Assembly: GCA_050950765.1 (NCBI GenBank)
Contig: JBMNIF010000005.1
Location: forward strand, 1 to 64,000
Length of the DNA stretch: 64,000 nt
Direction of reading: 5' to 3'
From: Bdellovibrionota bacterium
GTDB lineage: Bacteria; Bdellovibrionota_C; UBA2361; JAAYZI01
How positions within the stretch are numbered: position 1 is the first letter of the stretch; each line of letters starts with the position of its first letter. Below the pieces are notes generated by a model. The model saw only the letters and a program-made list of their open reading frames with translations. It did not search any database and had not been told where the DNA came from. Both the position numbers and the translations under genes were made by a program. Below are positions 57,954 to 64,000 of this stretch, piece after piece.

Positions 57954-58883
57954 CTAGAACTTATGGCGTTGTAATTCAAGCCAACGCAACTTATAAAAGT
58001 CGTTTCTGGAGGTGATATAACCACTTTCCAAGCCCGCTATGGCCGAAATAATAATTCCAGCTGCATTTAAAATTCGATAACTCGGAGTATAAAACGTTGT
58101 GCCATTGGTAAAGTAAACCTCTCCACGCTTAACGGCGGGAATATCTTCCCAATACGGGAACTCTTCCAATACTTTAAATGATCGGGCTGAATCTTCGACA
58201 TTCATTCCTTCAGGGGCTATTATTATAACATCAGGACGAAATGATAAGATATCAGACCACTCAACCTCATAGTTTCCTCGTCCTGTTGTTTCTGCCTGAC
58301 TAATTGCTGAAGTTAGTCGAATTATATCAGGTATCCATAACGCTGCTAATTTAAGTGGTGCGATACTTGAAAGGATTGTAACCCTTTTATTATGAACTCT
58401 TTCATAAAAGCTACTGGTCCAACACTGGATTTGTGCCTTCACTAAGTTATAAATTTTTATCCCCATTGCAGGTACTGCTAGGTCTTTAGCCAGTTGCTGG
58501 TACATCTGATAGACGCCTTCTAAAGTGCGTGGGTTGTAAACTTTTAATTTAATCCCGTAATTAAAGTCCTCCTGTAAGACCTCTTCCATCTCTCGTCTTT
58601 TTTGTTCTTGGAGATCGTACTTTTTTTCATCAAAGAGCTCTCCACCAACCTTGTCAGGAAATCTGGTTAAAATAATATCAGGCGTAACAGTTTTTATCTC
58701 TGTAAGAAGAACTTCATCATGCGAAAGTGTTACGGGAGTACCCTTTGGATCGCGAGTCACCACACGACACTCTTTCAACTTTTCAGGGTATGTTGAACGG
58801 TGTGAAACTCCTACAATGTCAGCAGTTAAGTCAAAAGAAACCGCCAATTCTGCTAAAAATGGCTCAAGTGCGACAATTTTCAT
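57954..58883 (-). CDS. BtuF/TroA-like substrate-binding-fold protein
   Basis: MKIVAL.P..E, VGVSH..YP, W.PDII, PDVIIIAP and PAVKRGEVY motifs; no signal peptide. Confidence 0.75.
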   Translation of the reverse strand: MKIVALEPFLAELAVSFDLTADIVGVSHRSTYPEKLKECRVVTRDPKGTPVTLSHDEVLLTEIKTVTPDIILTRFPDKVGGELFDEKKYDLQEQKRREMEEVLQEDFNYGIKLKVYNPRTLEGVYQMYQQLAKDLAVPAMGIKIYNLVKAQIQCWTSSFYERVHNKRVTILSSIAPLKLAALWIPDIIRLTSAISQAETTGRGNYEVEWSDILSFRPDVIIIAPEGMNVEDSARSFKVLEEFPYWEDIPAVKRGEVYFTNGTTFYTPSYRILNAAGIIISAIAGLESGYITSRNDFYKLRWLELQRHKF

Positions 58884-59109
58884 ATTTAAACCCTTCGATA
58901 CAAGGTCTACTTCTACAAAAGTTTAGATGTAAGATATTATAGAATTGTTTCTCAAAACGAGAAAATATCAATAAAATAAAGATATTATAAATTAGTCAAA
59001 AATACCGCCGCTCCCTTCCTGAATAGGTTAAAACCATTACTAAAAAGTTTTTGTATCTGATTATTCTAACTAAACATCTAACGGGAGTATCTTCTAAAAA
59101 GGCAAGACT

Positions 59110-60012
59110 ATGAGAAAAACACATCTTTATACCATTTGTGTGGCGTTAATACTAAGCGGTGTTATTGCGTGTTCAAGTAATCAAGTTGGATATCTCGGGT
59201 TGATGGACAAAGGTGTTTTACCACTTAGTGCAGAGAACGCCTTCCTTGGTGCAAATATATTTTTAGCTCGAGAGATGGAAAAAGATGATACCTTAATGGC
59301 TTTTTTCCGTTCGCACGGTGCTCCCAGTGCGATTGAGTTAAAAAGCAACACCTTTAAGAGTGACCAGCTAATCCTTTACTATGCGCACGAAGGTTCGTTT
59401 TATAATGGGAACCCTGTTATTGATGAATATAACTCTAGACACTGGATCTTCAGAGGTCCCTATAAGATGCCTTGGTATAAAGCTAAAAAGATGCAGCCTT
59501 TAGTTAGAAATAAATCTCCTGAAGCTGTTTTTTATATTCGTGGAGAATACCAAAGATTTAATAAAGATGGGGTTGAAGATCGCCACATTGTGCAAGTTAT
59601 CTTACCGACACCTGTAAAAACACCGACTCCAAAACCAGTCATAAGAAAGAGACCTAAATGGAGACCACAACGGGCGAGCACTACGGTTGTTAAAGCGACC
59701 AGCACCCCTACCCCTGCGCCTGAATTGAATCCATTAGATTTTCAAAAACTTAACGCAGATCAACGTGCTTTATTGATGGCAAAAGGGTTTGCACCTCGTG
59801 CAGAAAATGGTGATGTTATCCATATAGTCAAACGTGAAGATGAAACTTTGGCAGCTATTGGAAGTTGGTATACAGGTTCATCAGAGAACGCCTCAACTAT
59901 TGCAACTCAGAACGGGCTTTCTCCTGATGCTATCCTTTCGCCTGGAAATCAGATCCGAGTGCCGTTACACCTCCTAAAAAATAATAAGTTTATGCCGCAC
60001 GATTATAAGTAA
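59110..60012 (+). CDS. Lipoprotein with C-terminal LysM domain
   Basis: Lipobox VIAC, Pro/Thr linker and H.V...ETLAAI..WYTG...N...IA..N.L...L.PG..I.VP. Confidence 0.8.
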   Translation: MRKTHLYTICVALILSGVIACSSNQVGYLGLMDKGVLPLSAENAFLGANIFLAREMEKDDTLMAFFRSHGAPSAIELKSNTFKSDQLILYYAHEGSFYNGNPVIDEYNSRHWIFRGPYKMPWYKAKKMQPLVRNKSPEAVFYIRGEYQRFNKDGVEDRHIVQVILPTPVKTPTPKPVIRKRPKWRPQRASTTVVKATSTPTPAPELNPLDFQKLNADQRALLMAKGFAPRAENGDVIHIVKREDETLAAIGSWYTGSSENASTIATQNGLSPDAILSPGNQIRVPLHLLKNNKFMPHDYK

Positions 60013-60035
60013 TATCTATTAAGATTAGGTGAATT

Positions 60036-60599
60036 ATGTCGTTCCTCTTTGAAGACAAACCCTTTGAAGAAATCACTTGGCTAAAAGAACTTCTACCACA
60101 AGAAACGGAACTTGATAAAACAAGATTAATGAAGCTCGCCATTGATATTTCAATTTATAGTGCAAAACATGGCGGCGGTCCTTTCGGAGCTGTGATCGCT
60201 AATGAGTTGGGACATATTTTAGAGTGTGGCTGTAATGAAGTTATTCATAAACATGATTCAACCGCACATGCTGAAATTGTAACGATTAAACGGGCACAAA
60301 AACGGTTTAAAACCCACGATCTAAGCACTCTCTGCAACACCCCTATTTTTTTATACTCAAGTTGCACCCCCTGCATTCAATGTTTCGGTGCCATCTATTG
60401 GTCAGGGATAAGTCGTGTCTTTGCGGCAGCACTTAACGAAGATGCTATAAACTTGGGCTTTAACGAAGGTCATGTTTCCAAAGAGAATTACGAGATGGCA
60501 AAACGGTGCAAAGGGATCGAATACCACCTCGGTTTTTTACGAGACGAAGCCATCAGAGCTTTCGTTGAATATAAAGAGAACTCAGGTCCTATCTACTAG
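60036..60599 (+). CDS. CDA-superfamily zinc deaminase (guanine deaminase-like)
   Basis: GGPFGAVI, HAE, PCIQC, GAIYWSG and GFNEG motifs. Confidence 0.85.
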   Translation: MSFLFEDKPFEEITWLKELLPQETELDKTRLMKLAIDISIYSAKHGGGPFGAVIANELGHILECGCNEVIHKHDSTAHAEIVTIKRAQKRFKTHDLSTLCNTPIFLYSSCTPCIQCFGAIYWSGISRVFAAALNEDAINLGFNEGHVSKENYEMAKRCKGIEYHLGFLRDEAIRAFVEYKENSGPIY

Positions 60600-60605
60600 T
60601 AAAAA

Positions 60606-61134
60606 CTCGGAAGCTAGGGAGAAAAAATGCCCAGGAAAGGGGTCGAACCTTCACCTTTCCTGATCATAGACAGTTTTTTAAACGCTTTCAGCCTTTAAAA
60701 AACTTCTAAAAAAGAGAAGTCCTTCGCCTATTCGGAAGCTAGGGAGAAAAAATGCCCAGGAAAGGGGTCGAACCTTCACCTTTCCTGATCATAGACAGTT
60801 TTTTAAACGCTTTCAGCTGGATGGTGGCAGCATAGACACTCTTAAGACGCTTTTAAAAAACTTCTCTGCCATACGGTAAATGAGATCAACATCCCAAGCT
60901 GAGCATAGACAGTTTTTTAAACGCTTTCAGCCTTTAAAAAACTTCTCCGCCATACGGTAAATGAGATCAACATCCTAAGTCAGGAAAGTAAAGAAAAGAA
61001 TGCCCAGGAAAGGGGTCGAACCTTCACCTTTCCTGATCATAGACAGTTTTTTAAACGCTTTCAGCCTTTAAAAAACTTCTCCGCCATACGGTAAATGAGA
61101 TCAACATCCTAAGTCAGGAAAGTAAAGAAAAGAA
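60606..61134 (-). repeat. tRNA-linked tandem repeats containing the last 27 nt of tRNA-Leu
   Basis: TGCCCAGGAAAGGGGTCGAACCTTCAC at 60628, 60753 and 61001 is identical to the tRNA end at 61135. Confidence 0.92.
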
Positions 61135-61219
61135 TGCCCAGGAAAGGGGTCGAACCTTCACAGCCTATACGGCTACTAGACCCTTAATCTAGCGTGTCTA
61201 CCAATTCCACCACCTGGGC
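61135..61219 (-). tRNA. tRNA-Leu (anticodon AAG), CCA not encoded
   Basis: Acceptor GCCCAGG/CCTGGGC, D-loop TGGTAGA, anticodon arm CTAGA-TTAAGGG-TCTAG, long variable arm, GGTTCGA and discriminator A. Confidence 0.92.
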
Positions 61220-61276
61220 GTAACTCGGGGCTACTTGATAACACCCCTTATAAAATACTGCAATACCACCGAAATA

Positions 61277-61744
61277 TTATTTTGCAACTTCAGATGTTTC
61301 CTTTACACCTTCTTTTACACCTTGATCTGTATTCGGTGTTTCAGAAGATGGTGTTGGTGCAACGGTTGCATCAGGAGTAGCGCTCTCTTTTTCAGTTGTA
61401 TCCGTCACAGCCTGAGGCGCAAGATCAAGAGGTGCAGGCGCTTCTATATTATCCAAAGCAGATCCCTTAAGAACATCTACCTGAGTCCCTCTACCCTTTA
61501 TTACTGCAGTTTGTGCTAAATCCTTACTATAATGAACGAGGATGATTGAGGTAAGCATAAAAGCAATTGCAATCCCCGTTGTTAATTTAGAGATAACGGA
61601 TCCGGCAGATCCAGCCCCTAAAATAGACTCAGCTCCTGATCCCATCAAAGCACCGGCATCAGCACCCTTTCCGTGCTGCAACAAAACCAACAAAATCAGA
61701 AAAATGCAGAGAAGAATATGCACTATAAAGATCAGAGTCGACAT
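61277..61744 (-). CDS. secG: Preprotein translocase subunit SecG
   Basis: LVLLQHGKGADAGA..G and SKLTT motifs; upstream of tRNA-Leu as commonly seen. Confidence 0.93.
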   Translation of the reverse strand: MSTLIFIVHILLCIFLILLVLLQHGKGADAGALMGSGAESILGAGSAGSVISKLTTGIAIAFMLTSIILVHYSKDLAQTAVIKGRGTQVDVLKGSALDNIEAPAPLDLAPQAVTDTTEKESATPDATVAPTPSSETPNTDQGVKEGVKETSEVAK

Positions 61745-61960
61745 TTAAAATCCCATTAAAAATTTCGGTAGCCCTACACGTAACATTATATTAGACACTT
61801 TTTAGCTCGAACTTTAAAGAGAAATCCGAACAGGAGCCCTTTCTATCAAGAAATATTACGATTTTCAATACTTCAGCACCGTAAAAGGGAGTCTCCTCAA
61901 TACACAAAAAGTAACGATATCAAGAAGAAACACCAGCAATAGCCGAATAAAAAACAAGAT

Positions 61961-62569
61961 TTACTGAATTTGACTCTCTAGCTCTTCCAGCTCTTTTTTC
62001 TTTTGTTCAATCTCTTGCTGAAGCTCTTCCGCACTCTTCTGTCTCGGAAATTTCTTCCAATTATTCAACTCTAATGAGCAACGTGTAGTTATAGCACTAA
62101 CTCTAAAAACACGTTGTACAGATTGAGCAGGGTTTAAAGTGTATGGATAAGCATCGGATTTAACTTTTCTATTATTAGCATCGTACTGAACAACGGATAC
62201 AGAAACTTGATAACGATCTTCTGAAGTATTAAAAAGTTTCAGCTGCCATTCATCGCCGTTTTTCTTAGAGACAGAACCACTGATAGGAGTTTTAGCAAGA
62301 GCATCACCTCCCCATGTTCCGCCTAATGTGGTTCCGGAATAACCACTCCCCGAATCAGAAAGAGAGCCAGACTTCGGCAACTTCTTCTCCCCTTCCTGAT
62401 CAGTAGCAGCTTTTTTCTCGGCAGCCTCTATCTTTTTAAGATTTTGCTCCCGTAATTTTAAAATATCCGGAGCGATATTAAGCTCTTGAGCTGCTGCAAC
62501 ACTAACAACACAAGAGAGGAAAAGAGGGATAAGAATAATATTAGTGCGATATTGAAAATTGATACTCAT
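61961..62569 (-). CDS. Secreted hypothetical protein
   Basis: Signal peptide (AAA-Q), beta-rich core and coiled-coil C-terminus. Confidence 0.7.
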   Translation of the reverse strand: MSINFQYRTNIILIPLFLSCVVSVAAAQELNIAPDILKLREQNLKKIEAAEKKAATDQEGEKKLPKSGSLSDSGSGYSGTTLGGTWGGDALAKTPISGSVSKKNGDEWQLKLFNTSEDRYQVSVSVVQYDANNRKVKSDAYPYTLNPAQSVQRVFRVSAITTRCSLELNNWKKFPRQKSAEELQQEIEQKKKELEELESQIQ

Positions 62570-62833
62570 TAACTTTTACTCCGTTAATTACAATTTTACC
62601 AAGTCTGATACTAAAAAGCTTTTGCAGATTTTCCAAGCTTTAAACAAACATTACTACTAAAAAATCACCTTATTTTTGTTGCAACTTCTTTGAAGATCGT
62701 AATAGATACAAAGCAAACGAATGAAACAAGATTGCAACACGAGTTTAATTCATACCACTTTTAAGAACTCTTAACTATACATCTTTTTTCTAATAGTTGC
62801 TTGCACCTCCCTCTTATAATATTCTGGGCAGCC

Positions 62834-63484
62834 ATGAGTGATTTTAAGATATTAGTGCTAATTTCAGGGAAAGGCTCAAATTTAATCAGCCTGCACGAAC
62901 ACGCCGATCGTTATAACATCTCTGCGGTAATCTCTAATAATCCCACTGCTGAAGGGCTTTTATACGCAAAAAAACATAAGATCCCTGTATACCCTTTTTC
63001 TAGATCTGATTTCTCTTCAATGAGCACCTTTAAAGATGCTATTTATCGAGAAGCACTTCAATTAGAACCCGATTTAGTAGTGCTGGCAGGTTTTATGCAG
63101 ATTATTCAACCTCAATTTGTTGAAGCTTTTTATGGAAGGATGATTAATATACACCCTGCACTACTCCCAAAATTCCCTGGACTCGATACCCACACCCGAG
63201 CCGTCGCTGCCAAAGAGCCTACTCACGGTTGTACGGTACACTTTGTAAACACAGGGATAGATAGTGGTCCCATTATAGCGCAAGCAGAGTGTGCCTTAAG
63301 TGTTGAAGATACCCCTGAAAGTGCCGCTGCTAAAGTTCTTAAGGAGGAGCATAGAGTATATCCGTGGGTCGTTAAAAATATCGCTTCAGGGGATATCTCT
63401 CTTGTGGAAGATAAAGTTTTATATTCACCTAATCTTCGACGTGATGCAGCCCTTAAGGGATTTAAAATAGGACAAAGCTTATGA
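62834..63484 (+). CDS. purN: Phosphoribosylglycinamide formyltransferase
   Basis: LISGKGSNL, LAGFM, NIHPALLP.F.G, GCTVHFV...DSGPII and EH motifs. Confidence 0.96.
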   Translation: MSDFKILVLISGKGSNLISLHEHADRYNISAVISNNPTAEGLLYAKKHKIPVYPFSRSDFSSMSTFKDAIYREALQLEPDLVVLAGFMQIIQPQFVEAFYGRMINIHPALLPKFPGLDTHTRAVAAKEPTHGCTVHFVNTGIDSGPIIAQAECALSVEDTPESAAAKVLKEEHRVYPWVVKNIASGDISLVEDKVLYSPNLRRDAALKGFKIGQSL

Positions 63485-63846
63485 AACCTTTAATGATAAT
63501 TTTTACATCTCTTCTTTTACTTGTACCATTTGCAACATTAAAAGCAGAATCAAAAACTCCTCCAGAACCTCAAAAAAACACCTCATCAACCTCATCCAAA
63601 ACCCCGCTACAAGAAGAGATGATCCCCATCCTGCCTGGAGAAAATGTAAAAATTACAGACTCGGAAGGTAAAGAGAGATCTATGCGCGTTTGGACAACGG
63701 TTAGACCAGCAGACAAGAACACCACTGCAGAACCGCCAAGAGATACCTATTCACAACGACACAAGGATATTAACGTTATTGTTGACAGAACAGAGAGACG
63801 ACACAGACACAACCATACAGACGATCGCACCTTACCTAAAAGGTAA
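63481..63846 (+). CDS. Secreted hypothetical protein
   Basis: Signal peptide; overlaps the purN stop (ATGA). Confidence 0.6.
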   Translation: MKPLMIIFTSLLLLVPFATLKAESKTPPEPQKNTSSTSSKTPLQEEMIPILPGENVKITDSEGKERSMRVWTTVRPADKNTTAEPPRDTYSQRHKDINVIVDRTERRHRHNHTDDRTLPKR

Positions 63847-64000
63847 CTAACTAAAAGACGCCACCGCCTCCTCTAAATTAGCAGACGCAGCTTCTAATTC
63901 GTGAAAGAGAAGACCCATCTTTTTCCCCCCACCAAGACAGTTTTTTAAAAGCTTCTAGCTAGAGGGAGATATTATAGAGATTCTGTTCTTCGCTTTTAAA

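Noticed and set aside
60036..60599. Neighbouring deaminase as the TadA-like enzyme for tRNA-Leu(AAG)
   Set aside because: The GGPFGAVI, WSG and GFxEG motifs fit free-base guanine-deaminase-like enzymes, not TadA (EVPVGA). Proximity alone is insufficient, though an in vitro test would be cheap.
60600..61134. Prophage or genomic island integrated at tRNA-Leu
   Set aside because: The duplicated ends are only 125-248 bp apart, with no integrase or cargo between them.
61176..61192. Reading the anticodon as TAA
   Set aside because: This would break the perfect CTAGA/TCTAG stem and the 7-nt loop register. AAG with U33 and G37 fits the canonical structure.

Overview
This is a 64-kb, low-GC bacterial chromosomal window. 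Gene content suggests a Gram-negative, probably anaerobic, deltaproteobacteria/Bdellovibrionota-like organism (inference). Most of it is housekeeping and envelope genes: dnaG, greA, DAHP synthase, gmk, glyQS, pheST, panC, nfnAB, metF, purN, secG, heptose/LPS genes and wzm/wzt. Four things stand out. (1) A REP-associated-type HUH/Y1 tyrosine transposase (7978-8946) is flanked by inverted copies of an 11-bp core, GGGTGGCACCA. This core recurs roughly 90-100 times (hand count) in about ten modular intergenic arrays covering about 10% of the window. One module carries a consensus IHF site, and most arrays abut stop codons. (2) A divergent type III export operon has FlhB/SctU split at the position of the NPTH autocleavage site, with a translationally coupled 1074-aa GAF/PAS histidine kinase between the two halves. 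(3) The secG-linked tRNA-Leu has the rare anticodon AAG (A34). (4) Three hairpin-forming copies of that tRNA's 3' end lie in tandem downstream of it. An IS1634-like element is also present. All calls come from motif recognition by eye; no searches were run.
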